DNA of 64,000 nt from Moniliella sp. 'wahieum' (lineage: Eukaryota): NCBI GenBank assembly GCA_003971905.1, contig RSEE01000011.1:806001-870000 (forward strand). Reading direction: 5' to 3'. This document shows positions 38,086 through 50,108 of the stretch, piece by piece. Each line of letters opens with the position of its first letter. Position 1 is the stretch's first letter. The notes under the pieces were generated by a model. It was not told the origin of the DNA, ran no database searches, and saw only the letters and a program-made list of their open reading frames with translations. Both the position numbers and the translations under genes were made by a program.

Positions 38086-39993
38086 GGGCGGTGGCGACGC
38101 AGAGGAGAGCAGCCGAGGCAGCGGCGAGCAGAAGAAGCGGCGAGGGGGAGGAGGAGGCGAGCGGGCATCCACCCACGCCCATCACCGTCCCCGCCGGTGA
38201 GAGCATCTGTGGCTGCCCTGCCCGCGTGGCACGTGTCACATGACGCGGTGAGGTTGGGGTGCGTGGTGGTGCTTGGCGCTTCAAGTTGCAGCTGCAGCTC
38301 AGTGCGCAGGCGCCCTGCACCACCTCCCACTGCGCCAGTGCGCCGCCCGCCTGCATGCACACCCGCCCCGCTGCGCCCGCCCCGCACCTGGCCAGTGTGC
38401 AAGCCGCCCTGCCGCAAGTCACACGTCAAACGGCACACTTCCCCCACGCCCCGTGCGGATCCGCCCCTGCGTGATGCTGGGAAGAAAGCTCGCAGCGTGG
38501 CTGATGCAGCGCTGATCGATCAGTCACCACATCACCAGTCACACATGTGCTCCCCCGTGCTTGTCAGTAAAGTGCTTCCCGCCAGCACCAGCGCCCAGCC
38601 CCCCGTGAAATGCACTCGGTCAGGCCAGGTCGCCTGCATCGGTGCAACCCCAAAGTGGTCACATCGATGCAGCTCGCTTCCCCTTGCAACACGCAGCTGT
38701 CAGGCACTGCTTGCGCCAGTCAGCATCACACACCCCATCACCCATCCCCTCGCCCCACACCCCGCCCTTGCGCCTCTCAAATTTCAACTGGCCTGCTTCT
38801 GCTCATCTTCCCATTGCCCCTCGCGCACCATCCACCATCCCTTTGTCCACCCCATCATCTCAGCTCTTCCGGCCTCTGTCCCTTCCCCAGCACCCGCTCC
38901 CACCTCCCTTCTGCCTTGCATCACCGCTCCCCTCCCCTCCCCATCCCACGCACAATCATTAATCATTGTCACCGGTAGTGTATGGTTTGTTGCACAACGA
39001 CCACCTGGCTTCCGAAGCTTCCGACCGCTTCCGACTTCAAACGCCGTTGACGTCGGCAACACGTCAACGTACCGTTTTCAACCATCACAGATCTCAGATG
39101 TTCGTCGGATCTCAGATCTGGATCTCAGATCTCAGAAGACATGGGTTTGACATCTTTGACATGTGATAGCGGTGATGCGGAAGTGGCAGGCTGGATATCT
39201 CTGGCACCACGTGCGCCGCCTCTGCTACATCACGTCCATGTGCGACATCTGTTGGCGGGCGTACTCAATGCACCATTGATTGGTTAATGATCGAAACGAT
39301 CCAGCTTCCACAGGACCAAAAGTACGATAACCGGAACTGGTAACCAGTAACCAGTGTGGGTATAGGTGTAGGTTCTTTGGCATGTGACATGTGACAAGAG
39401 GTTAACGTTTAACTGAGTACATGAGTGCTGCATGGCATTGGCCCGAAGGGGTTCTGTTGCTGTGTGCATATGTGACGCATGTGACATGTGACGTGTGACA
39501 TGTGATGTCGAAGACGGCTTTCTCCCCACAACCATGTACCAATCCTAACCGCCTAACCCTGAGGCTGAGCCTGAACGTTAAGCGTGGGACCAACCCCCCC
39601 GACAGTCACGGAAAATAGCTACAAAGAACTGGGACCACTCTCATGGCGGTGTGTCAGCTCTCGGTTCTCACGCTGAGATCTCACGCAGGTCGCATCTTCG
39701 CCGTGTTATCGATTATCATGCACATGTTAGCTGTGCTGGACGCCGCCTTGAACGATGAGCAATGCCGATTGAACGTTGAACGTTAGTTGAACCCACACGG
39801 TGATGAAAATGATAGCGCGATAACGCGTAACGAGGTTGCTGACAACCACTGTAGTATGCATCGTGTTGTCGTGTGTCTATCCCACACCGAGCACGTTTCG
39901 GGGCACTTTCGAGCGTCCTAAGGCCTAACGCGTCCAGACAACGGTCTCAGATCTCCAATCGTGCCAACAGAGGTGAGACAGATCAAATCCACT

Positions 39994-42412
39994 TCAATTC
40001 GAAGGTGTCTTGGCCGCAGCCGTAGCCGTAGCCTTGGCCGTGGCCTTGGCAGCTCTGGCCTGACTGCGTTCGCGCAAGCGAAGAGCCTGTTCCTCCTCCC
40101 GCGCACGGAGGAGAACAGGATAGAGAACCGGCTGGCAGCTGCGCAGATTCAATCTACGCAGTTCATCGGCTCGCTCCCACAAGCCGTTCCAGGTATCGTT
40201 GGTGACGCTGCGCCACTGACGCCCGTCTCCCAAGCGGTACTGCCTCACAACCAAAAACGATTCGTCTTGGCATTCCAGTTCGGCGTTCGATCCCGATGGC
40301 GCCGACGCGCACTTGATCACCAACCCAGGCCGGGCGCGCTCTTCATGGTACTTTTTGCGGCGCAAACTCGATGCGGCCTTGAGCTGCTTGAGCTCAGATT
40401 GGAGTTGCTGAACGTGGGTCGGGGATGGGGTGGTCTGTTGCTGCGCTTGCTCTAGTGCGCTTTCCAACGAGGCAATGTGCTGCTTGTCCTGCGCCACCGC
40501 AGCCTCGAACGTCTGTTGATCTTGTTGGTCCTGTGCCCTGGCGTGGGCAGCGCGGCGGGTCAACGCCACTGCTGCCCGTTCGGCGGAGACAGCTTGCAGT
40601 TCGACGGAAAGAGGGCGCGCGGTCCGGCCGGTCTCAGCACCCGGGGGGCCAAGAGGCAAAACGGTCGCTGGCACTGTAGCCGAGGGGGCAATGTCCGGGA
40701 CAAAGATCATGTCCCCCGGTTCGGCCGGGCGAAGACGGGTGACGTTGACGCAGTCTTTCGAAACGTCTGGCGGGGTGCACGCGTATACATGGCCGGGTTG
40801 CTAAACATCAATGCTTTTGCAGCGCGATGACGGTATTGGGTGCCAGCTCGCTCGTTCGAACCACATCCAGTTCCCCGATCCCAAACGCAACGGACTTGAC
40901 GGGCGGCACGGGGTTCTTGCGTGCGTGCCCCTTGCGCTCCAAGGGGTAGACGAGCTCGGCGGTATACAGCGTCGTTTTCTTGGTGGTGGAACCCCCAGGC
41001 GCGAAAGAGCGCTTCAAAGTGAACCGCATCGTGCTTGGTAAAGTCGATATGAAGCTCATCGTCTTTGCGTTTGAATGCGTTGGTCGGTAAACACCCAGTC
41101 TCCTGGACAATTTGAGACTGGGCAGCGGAGCGAGCGAGGAAGCCCGGCAAATCCTGCAGTGTGGTGATCAATGCACGACCACCAAGATGAGCGAGCGCAA
41201 GTAGCGCACTGCGGTACGTCCATCGCTCGTACGCTGTCACTCCCACTCCCTCCCGAGAGGGAAACCGTTGGGGTCTGAGGACCAGGTTCAGCCGTAGGGT
41301 CGGTCTGGCGCGCCAGGGAGGGGAGAAGGACGCGCGTTTCAACACCTTGCCATATGCGCCGCCGTTGCCGCTGGAGGAGGAGCTGACGCTGGTCATCCGA
41401 TACCTCGTCCGTGACGGCACACGGCAAAGAACGGACGCGAACCAAACTGTCCCCGCCCGCCAATGCCTCTTGGTACAATACGGCCCCCTGGTCAAACCCA
41501 TCGGGACTGAGCTCTTGCACCGTGACTCCATACGCTGGGATCTCCGATTTGCCCGTCCCGTATCCCTCAGCAGCAACTTTAGCCCACGAGTCGAGCGGAG
41601 GCGAAGGTCCTCCTGGAAACGCGTCCGGGACCGTAAAACTGGGTTGATTGCGGTTCCGGACGATGGACCAGGGGATGGGAGCGCCGCTGCGCAGCTTGGG
41701 CAGAAAGGACGGGTGGACGTTGAGGGTTCGGCCGCGGCCATGGGCGGAAAAGTTGCGCAAGAGTTGGGGGGGATAAAGTGACCAAAGGAAGCAGTAATCA
41801 AGATGGGATTCAAAGCTGGATTCTGTAGCCCCTCAGTGTTGAATGGCGATGGAAAGTCGTACTGGTCCTCAATGCCTTCGGGGGGCGTTTCTGCACAGGG
41901 CAAACCTGCTGCTTGAGCCAGTTGGGCAACAGGGTGTGCACTCGACGAAGCCCCGCCCGTACCTGTAGATTGGGAAGACTTTGAAGAAGGTGGCACAATC
42001 GTTCGAAGTGACCTCCAGAGCGCTTGGAGTTCCAGCGAAGGGAAGTGGGGCAGCAGTGCATCGCGGGTGGTCAATCCATCGTTCCACGGACGCTGGAGAA
42101 ACAAAAGGGTTCTGACATACACGGCGTCTTGATCAACCAGTCGAGAACGGTACTAGCAAAGTGATCTGAGCCGCAGAATAGGATGTCGTAGGTACCCGTC
42201 CCCTGGACTGGAGGCCCTTGTTGCCCGTCCTGAGCGGGGGGCTCAAAGGCGAGGTGGCTCAGAGGGCGGAGACCAATCGGACTGCTATGCACCCATCGGC
42301 ATCGTGCCAAAGGGCGCAACCCAGGCACGATGCGACATGGCGAGCGGAGGGGACAAAGGGCAGGCCGTTTGGATGCAACCGACACTTGCCTCAGTGCCCG
42401 AAACGCCGACAT
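39994..42412 (-). CDS. FMT1: Mitochondrial methionyl-tRNA formyltransferase
   Basis: Basic presequence; YDILFCGSDHFAS, ITASFGHFIP, LNVHPSFLPKLRSGAPI, GVTVQELS..FDQGAVL; frameshifts; long insertions. Confidence 0.85.
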
Positions 42413-42902
42413 GGCGATGTGAGTTGGTGGACTGGTGAGCTGGGGCCTTCCCTTGAGATCTTCAACAGGGACCTACTTCGTCTTCTCATTGACATTTCAC
42501 CTTCTGTGTCACGCGTCACGTGCCCTCGACCTACACCCCATTTTAACGAGGTCCTCTCCTGGCCACTCGCGACCGGCTGACAACTCATATGAACACACAC
42601 TACAGACCAGACGACACTGTGGGCCTTAGAAGCATGCAAGCGCATGCGCTGGATTGAGTTACATGAACAGAGAGCCTCCTGCCAAAGGAAGAAGAACTCT
42701 CCAGTGTCATAAGCAGCTCTCCTCTCCAACACAGAGGGCAGCCACCATGGTTTTGGGCAGTAAGAAGAGAGCGTGTCCTGGGTGTCCTAACAGGCCGAGA
42801 TCCGGTTCCTACCCCGCGTGCACAAGCGACCAAGCCCAAGCGATCCATCAGGCAGCACATGGGTCAGTGCAAGGGCGCACGCACGCACAACCTCGAACCA
42901 CT

Positions 42903-43514
42903 TTAGAAGCCGTACACGGCCAGCTTCTGGTTGACCTCTGCCAGCGCGCCCGTCGCGCCGGCCAGGGTAGCCTGCTTCTTCTTGAGGGCAGCCACCTTGC
43001 GCTCCTGGTACGCAGCAGCACGAACCAGACGCTTCTCCTCCAGCTTGGCAACCACGCCCTCGTACTTCCAGCCAAACTCGGACGAGATGCGCTTGAGGGT
43101 AGCGTAGTTGCGGCCGGGCTTGAGGCGGAGCACACGCAGGGCAGCCGGCACGACCACCTTCTTCTTGGCGTCGTACGGCGACGGAACGCCCTCCAGAAGG
43201 GTGATCTTGGCCAGCGCCGCCTTGCCACGCGCCGTCTTGTGGGAATCATACCCCGGATGGCCTTGTGAAGGATGCGCGAGGGCGCACGCTCGTGCCACGG
43301 CCCACCCTTGGAAGGGTTGTAGCAGTGGGTCTTGTGCAGGTAAGCGTGGTACTTCAACTTGTTACGGAAGAAGCTGCCGGACACGTTGATGAGTTCCGTG
43401 CGGACGACCACCACGGCCTGCCAGAGAGCGCCTGCTTGGCCACCACCGAGGCCAGACGACCGAGCAGGTGGCCCTTGCCGTCAATCACAACGGCGTAGCA
43501 GACATCGACGACAT
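42903..43514 (-). CDS. RPL16: 60S ribosomal protein uL13 (L16/L13a)
   Basis: [54 protein letters not shown]; 5'UTR intron about 43523-43608. Confidence 0.97.
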
Positions 43515-43679
43515 GGTTTCGGCTGTACACACAAAGAGAGTTAGTCTTCCGTTGGTGCGCTGTGCCCTAGGGAACCCGAGAGGCTGCACCCACCTTGAGA
43601 GGGACTACCGGTTTTGGTCGAGACGCCCTTCGTGGTGCGCTCGACGAGCAGCAACCAATGGAAGGGGGCGGGGCGGCAG

Positions 43680-43716
43680 TAGGGTTGCACACGGCGGGCG
43701 CGAGAGCACAACCCTA
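43680..43716. promoter_or_regulatory. Inverted pair of telobox-like TAGGGTTG/CAACCCTA motifs in the RPL16-RPL32 bidirectional promoter
   Basis: TAGGGTTG at 43680-43687 and CAACCCTA at 43709-43716; the same 8-mer lies upstream of RLI1 and SEY1. Confidence 0.5.
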
Positions 43717-44061
43717 AGTTTGATTCCGCACCCGGCCAGTGTATCCGGATCCGAGCCTGAATTTTGGAACTGCCCTCGTGCGGGTGCTGCGGCACGCCGA
43801 AGCCCAGCCCAGGCTGCCACTCCGCTTCGGGCTGACCTGGGGGGGCTATTGAAGTCGTCCCCACCACCGACAGACGCGAACGCAACAGGTAAGCTCCGCT
43901 GGTCCATGTTCTTCCTCTACGGCTGGTTTGGGCGGGACTGGACATGACAGACCCGCCTTTCGGCCGGCTCTGCGTTCCCTCCGCCGCTCCTGTGCCTTGG
44001 CGACCACCCCTCACTCCTGCCGTGACTAACCTGGGTTGCATGCTCGCTTGTCGCAGTCACC

Positions 44062-44454
44062 ATGGCGGCCACCACCATCCCGATCGTCAAGAAGCGGACT
44101 AAGAAGTTCACGCGCCACCATGCGGACCGGTACAAGCGTCTGGCCACGTCGTGGCGCAAGCCAAAGGGTATTGACTCGGTGGTCCGTCGCCGGTTCCGCG
44201 ACGTGACCAAGATGCCCAAGATTGGGTACGGGTCCAACAAGAAGACGCGCTACCTGATGCCCAACGGGTTCCGTCGCTTTGTTGTTTCCAACCCGCAAGA
44301 CGTCAGTCTGCTGTTGATGCACAACACCACCTACGCCGCGGAGATTGCGCACAACGTTTCGTCCAAGAAGCGTGTGCTGATCCTTGAGCAGGCCAAGGCG
44401 CTCGGCGTCAAGGTGACCAACGCCAATGCGCGGGTGCGTTCGGAGGAGAACTAA
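44062..44454 (+). CDS. RPL32: 60S ribosomal protein eL32
   Basis: [57 protein letters not shown]; 5'UTR intron 43889-44056. Confidence 0.98.
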   Translation: MAATTIPIVKKRTKKFTRHHADRYKRLATSWRKPKGIDSVVRRRFRDVTKMPKIGYGSNKKTRYLMPNGFRRFVVSNPQDVSLLLMHNTTYAAEIAHNVSSKKRVLILEQAKALGVKVTNANARVRSEEN

Positions 44455-44842
44455 ATCCTTCGTCCTTCGCCTGGGTCACTGTGTCCAGCTTGGAGAGAAG
44501 GCTGTACTACTGTTCTTCAACCCTTCCCTCCCAGCGTCTACTCCTCCTTTGCCTCTTGTCTGAGGCAAGGGGCTATGCGACGTCCCGCCTGATGGTAGGT
44601 GTTCAGCGTGGGATGCACCCAGTGCCTTACCCGTCTACAGCAATGGACGGCGAGGTACGAAAAACCCCATATGCATCAACGCACCCCCAGCTTATTCTGT
44701 CCGAGGTAGCCCAACCGCATAGCCATCCCGAGTGTAAACGCGCCTTACGAGGCGCCATTCTTATGCTCGACGTCACCCCTGTGTGAGAGAACATGGGCAT
44801 TGGACAAGAAAATCAATGCAGTCGTAGTAAACTTCACATGCG

Positions 44843-47800
44843 TTAAGACGATCCATCCTCATCGTACGTGGTCTGAGTCAGGAAGGTACAGTCCCGATGA
44901 TGCAGGGCAAGAAAGAACAGGAGCAACTGGGAAAGAGGGAGGGGTGGGTTAGTCAAGCATAGGACGAAAAACAATGCTAGAGCAACACACGAAAGGGCAT
45001 ATGGAGAATGGTATGACATCAAACATTGGTTCAGCACAGAGAGGGGGGCGAAGCAGGGGCGGGGAGGAGAGGAGAGTAGGGCAGGTCACAGCCTGCAGCA
45101 CCACAGACCGAAAGACAAAAAACATATCGTGCACCTCTCTGCCCCACGCGCCTTGGGCACCGTGAGCCAGACGGACGGCTGAGGAGAAGATCAGAACTGG
45201 GATGGTCGTGCAGCGTGTCCAACTCGAGCTCTTCCGTCGAGGCAGGCGCTGCTGCGGAGCGCCGGTGTGCCTGTGGCTCAATCACCGCCGTGCCATTGAG
45301 GCTCGTTGATGTGCCTGTGCTACGCAAGTCATCGTTTCCGGAGTTGGGCAAGGGGCTGCTTTGGCCAAGTGCGGGGCTTCCGGCAACGGTTCACTGAAGT
45401 GAGCGCGAAGGCTCGAGTCAGCTAGGGTGTGCACCTCTTTGACCACGGTGGTGATGACCTGCATCAGCGGGCCCTCAAGCCCCAAACGATGCACAACAAA
45501 CGCGCCAAGGGCGGCCACGATGAGGAAGAGGGTGTAAATGGGGTTGCGCAAGACCGCAACGAACTCGTTCCACCCCAGAACGGCGATCACGCCGTAGACC
45601 CAGTAGGGAATTTGCGAGATGGACGAGACCATGGACCGCTTGGCCTCGACGTAGTACGCATCGGCCTCTTTGCGGAAGCGTTGCGAGATGGAGATGGTGC
45701 GCGCCTCGGTAAAGATGACCAAGGTCGAAGGCAAGTCGAACTCGTCGAGCTCGGCCAACGCATCTTGGTGCGAGGCTACCGCATCGGGTGACGCAGCTGC
45801 ACCCAATGGGTCTTCTCCATTGACTTCCATGGCCACGTCCTCATCGAGCGAGGGGAACTGGGGAATCAGCCCTTCGTTCTCAGGTTGCACCTTGGAATAG
45901 ATCGGGATCAAGTCCAACACATGGTCACGCGCTTTGCGGAACAGGAGATCAATGTCATCGTCCGGTTTCCATACCCGTGGGGTGCCAGTTCATCGTACCG
46001 GAACTGCTCCTCGAACAAGTCCCGCAACCGGCTGGTAAGGCCGCATCGGTGGTCTGCTCATCAATTTTGGTACGCAGCGCTTGCCACGACTTGATGCGAG
46101 GGTGTGCAGCGCCAAGCTCGTCTCCACGGGGGTACAGCCAAAGTCTTCCAACAATGGTTAGTTTGGACAAGATCAATCAACAGAAGGGCATCAGGGGTAC
46201 GCACTGGCTGCTTTGCGATGGTACGTAGACTCGGCATCTTCCAACGCCGTCTTGAACGCAGTAAGGATGCGGTCCCACATATCCGGGCCGGGCCGGTCCA
46301 GCGCAATCACCGTCGGCTCAGCAAGATCAGCAACAAGATTCTTCTGAATGGTAGCTACCATCTTGGTCGTCTCCGTTTTCCTTGCCTGGTCCGCCACAGC
46401 ATTCATCTCCGTTAGGAGTTGGCTCTCCTCTTCCACGGCCAACGTCCAAGGCTCCGCTTCGGCACCTTCGGTATCCGGAGCCGAGACCAGCGATTTATCC
46501 AATGTGGCCGGGCGCAAGGCCGTGGAAACCCCACGGAAGTCCTGCAGCGATGCTTGGATCTGGTTGGCAACGAGGGTAGCAAAGTCGTACCCGCGTTCCT
46601 TGTCTGAAGCAGAGCGGAGCGCCGTAATCAGACGTTTCTTAAACACGAGCAGCGTACGCTTGTGTGCATTCTTCAGCTGACCCAGCAGCAAAGGTTCCAG
46701 CAGCGTCCATCTGGGCCAAGAGCTCTGCCCGTTTGCGCCGGTACACGTCGGCATGGTAGCGCCCGGCTTCGCGGTCAAACGAACCCAGGCCAAGTTGAAC
46801 AAACTCCAACACGTGCTTGCCCAGCTCGGGCACCACCTCGCCAGTCTCGATGGGCCGGCGCAGGGGCTTGACAGAGGCGGTAAAGGTAGCTAGAACCACG
46901 GTAGCAATTTCATCGCAACGGAACTGGGCCAAGAGTTCTTGCTGGGTAGGAAGTCGAGGTCCTTGTTGGTCTGTACTTGTTCCCAGATGGAAGCAAGGTA
47001 GGGGAAGGCCGTCGGCGGGAATGCGCTTGTGATACTCGGTTTGAATACAAAGGGGGATTGGAGGGGTTGACAAACCACTCCCTCAGAGCGACTACCTGGT
47101 TGTCAAACTCGGCAGGCTGGAGCAACTTGTGGGGCAAAGTGGTGAAGCTAAAGTCAAAAAAGTCAGAGATTTTATTCTCCAGCCCCTCGGGCTTGGACAG
47201 GCCCTCCCAGATGCGGTCCAGATCCGCCTGGATCGTCCGCTGCAAATTGTCGAGGGGTAGCGCCAATGTGGTCACGAATGACAAACAGGATCAGGGTGCG
47301 ATCCTTGGGTTGGCCCGCCGACGAATGGGAGGCCTTGGCGGCTTGGAACAAGCCCAGTTCACCTCAAACACCGTCTTGAGTCCCATGTTTGCCCCATTAT
47401 ACAACCCCACCTGGTGCTCCCACATATTCATCAGCAGCACCTCGACCGAGGCCATGGAGAAGAGGGCGGACTTGCGCTCAAAGTCTTGGTCCTCGCCGCG
47501 TTCCCGGCCATCGGTGCCCTCGACGTCCATCACAAGCACGGGGGAGGTGGCGGCACGAGAGAGCCAGATGCCCTTGGTGGTCTGACTCCGCACAGCCTGG
47601 TTCATGGTGTCAAAGTTGGTGCCAAAGAGGCGGTTGAGCAGGGTGCTCTTGCCGGTGGACTGGGAGCCAATGACGGCCATGAGGTTGTAGCCAAAGCCGG
47701 CGTGGAGTAGGCCCCAGTGGTCCAGGTGGGAGCCCAGGTCGGGGGCAAAGACCTGCTCTTCGTTGACGATCTGCATGCGCTCTGGGGGTGGGGCAGAAGC

Positions 47801-47934
47801 AGGGGCCAAGGCGGAGGCAGTCTCGGAGCCAGGCGCGGGGGGTGGGCGAGGGAGGCGGCGGCTTGCTTAAGAGCAGCGGAAGCCGAGCCCGCGGCCACGA
47901 GGGGAGCGGCGGGGGAGGCGCTGGGCTCAGCCAT
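44843..47934 (-). CDS. SEY1: SEY1/RHD3 dynamin-like ER fusion GTPase
   Basis: [62 protein letters not shown]-terminal TM pair ([24 protein letters not shown]). 3' end uncertain. Confidence 0.95.
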
Positions 47935-48461
47935 GACGGGGGCTGAGGAGGCGGAGGGGCGGTGGGGGGGAGACGGAGGAGGCGGAGGAGAAGACGAAGA
48001 GGACGAAGGGGGGTGGTGGGGGCGGAGCAGGGGTGGTTAGAAGGGAGCCAACAGCGCATGCGCTTTCACAGCTGCTGTGGCCAATGATCGATCGATGATC
48101 GACGGCTGAGGCTCCCAACCAGGCCCAGCAACAGCAAGCACCGCAGACGTGGAGCAGCAGCCAGCGCAGCCACACTGCCCTGCTGCTGCGCCCTGCCTCA
48201 GGCTCCTGAGCGGGGGCAGGCAGGGCAGTGTGTGTGCTAGGGTTGTGCCCCGTGTGTTGAGTCTGCTGCCTGGGATCATCGATCATCGATCAGCGCACTG
48301 ATGGACTGATGCAGGAGGCACGTGACGCGTGTGTGTGCCATGTGCCATGTGATGCATGAATGATGGCCTGTGCACCCCTGTGTGCCTGGCAGCAGGCAGA
48401 AGAGTCTGGCTGATAGTACGATCGCAGGCCTTCTCACCACCATCCTCCCCGCTTGCCCCCC

Positions 48462-49840
48462 ATGGGCCTTGGCCTCAAGAACGCACCCAAGCTGCTCGGC
48501 CGCAGCAGCGCCACCAGCACCGCCACCGCCTCGGCTCCCAGCCACCCTCCCCGGCACGTCCTGCTCCTCGCCGGGTACGAAGGGGATGTGCAAGAGTACT
48601 TTTTTACCCCGCCGGCCACCCTCATCCCCGGCCGCTCCATCAGCGTAGGCGAGCTCGGCACCCACTCTTGGATTGCCATTGCTCGCCTTGGCACGGGAGA
48701 GCGTATTGTCTATACCGCCGACGAGACGGCGCCAGGGCGGGTGTTTGCGCGGCGATGGGCCAGCAGGCGCGTTGCTGCAGCCGCTCGGATCTGAGCCGAG
48801 CGACTGCGCGGTGCTGCGACCGGAGGCGATGGTCCGGTGGCCCTGGCGCTGATTGGGTCGGCAGCCAAGGAAGGGACCTCGGGGCCTGCGGGTTGGTAGT
48901 GGCCAACTACGATGGAGGTAGTGTTGGGTTCCTCCGGCTCCGCAAGGATGGCGGGATCGATGGGCCTGCCCCGCCGTCGGCGGAGCAGTTGGCGCAGTTG
49001 GCGCAGCAGGGCAAGAAGGAACCCGATCCATCCGATGGCCTTCTCACGTTCCAGTTCAAGCGGGCGGAAGATGCGCCGATTGGCCCCGTATCCTCCCGTC
49101 AAAGCGCGGCGTACGCGCACGAGGTAGTTACCGCGCCCGATGGGACCCACGTCTACGTGCCGGACCTGGGCACGGACCAGGTACACCTGCTCAAGGTGCA
49201 CCCGACGTTGACCAGGCATGTAGGTGCCAAACGGGCGCACGATACGACTGCCCTCCTGGCTCGGGTCCACGGCACATTGCATTTTACCCTCCGGGCCTGA
49301 GCACTCTCGGTGGCCGGTTGGGTGCGCATGACCTCACCCCCAAGGCACCGAGTAAGGCGCAGCACGCGTACTTGGCCCAGGAACTGAATTGCACCGTGCA
49401 AGCGTTCCGCGTGGGCAGCTCGGGTAGCTTGACGCCGCGGGCGCCGCCGTATCTGCCGTACCGCCCGGTGTGGAACTAGGCGGCACACCTACAGCAGGCC
49501 CGCAGCGCACCACGTCCGAGGTGGTCGTCAGTCCCGATGGACGGTACGTCTATGGGTACGCGCGGGGATGAGGTCGAAGACCACATTTCCATCTTTGTTC
49601 GCAACCCGGTCGACGGCACGATTACGTTCCAAGACTGGATCCCGTGGGGGCAAGATGCCGCGCCACTTTAGCATTAGCTTGGATGCCAACGCGTCCTATC
49701 TCGCCGTGGCCAACCAAGCCTCCAATCGGCTCACCCTCTTTGCCCGGGATCCCGATCGCGGTACCCTCCTTCTCATCCCAGAGGCAACGATCGAAGACTT
49801 TGCCAGCATCGCATTTGCTGGCTTTGCTCCCGACATTTAG
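48462..49840 (+). CDS. Lactonase family 7-bladed beta-propeller (6-phosphogluconolactonase / cycloisomerase-2-like)
   Basis: VVANYDGGSV, RQSAAYAHEV, VYVPDLGTDQV, SEVVVSPDGRYVY, GGKMPRHFSI, LAVANQAS; frameshifts. Confidence 0.88.
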
Positions 49841-50108
49841 CTCCTCCTTCTCCCCATTGTCATGCACATTATTGACTCTCTGTTGGTCTACTGCCTATCA
49901 CACATCAGGGCTCCAGACCTCTGTTGTACAAGGGACACGTTGATGGATATTGGTACACGGTCCTTGCGAGGGGAGAGGTAGTGGAAAGATGATGGGGCAC
50001 TGTCCAATTCCTAGCGAAAAAATGGGAGGAGAAAGAGGTGCACTGCGCAGCTGAGCCTCGGCGTTGAGCCTCAGCAAGCAACAAGGAAGGAGCACGGAGC
50101 ATCGGCAA

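Noticed and set aside
39800..39843. GTGATGA..CTGA resembling a box C/D snoRNA
   Set aside because: Too short, with no recognisable rRNA antisense guide and no convincing terminal stem.
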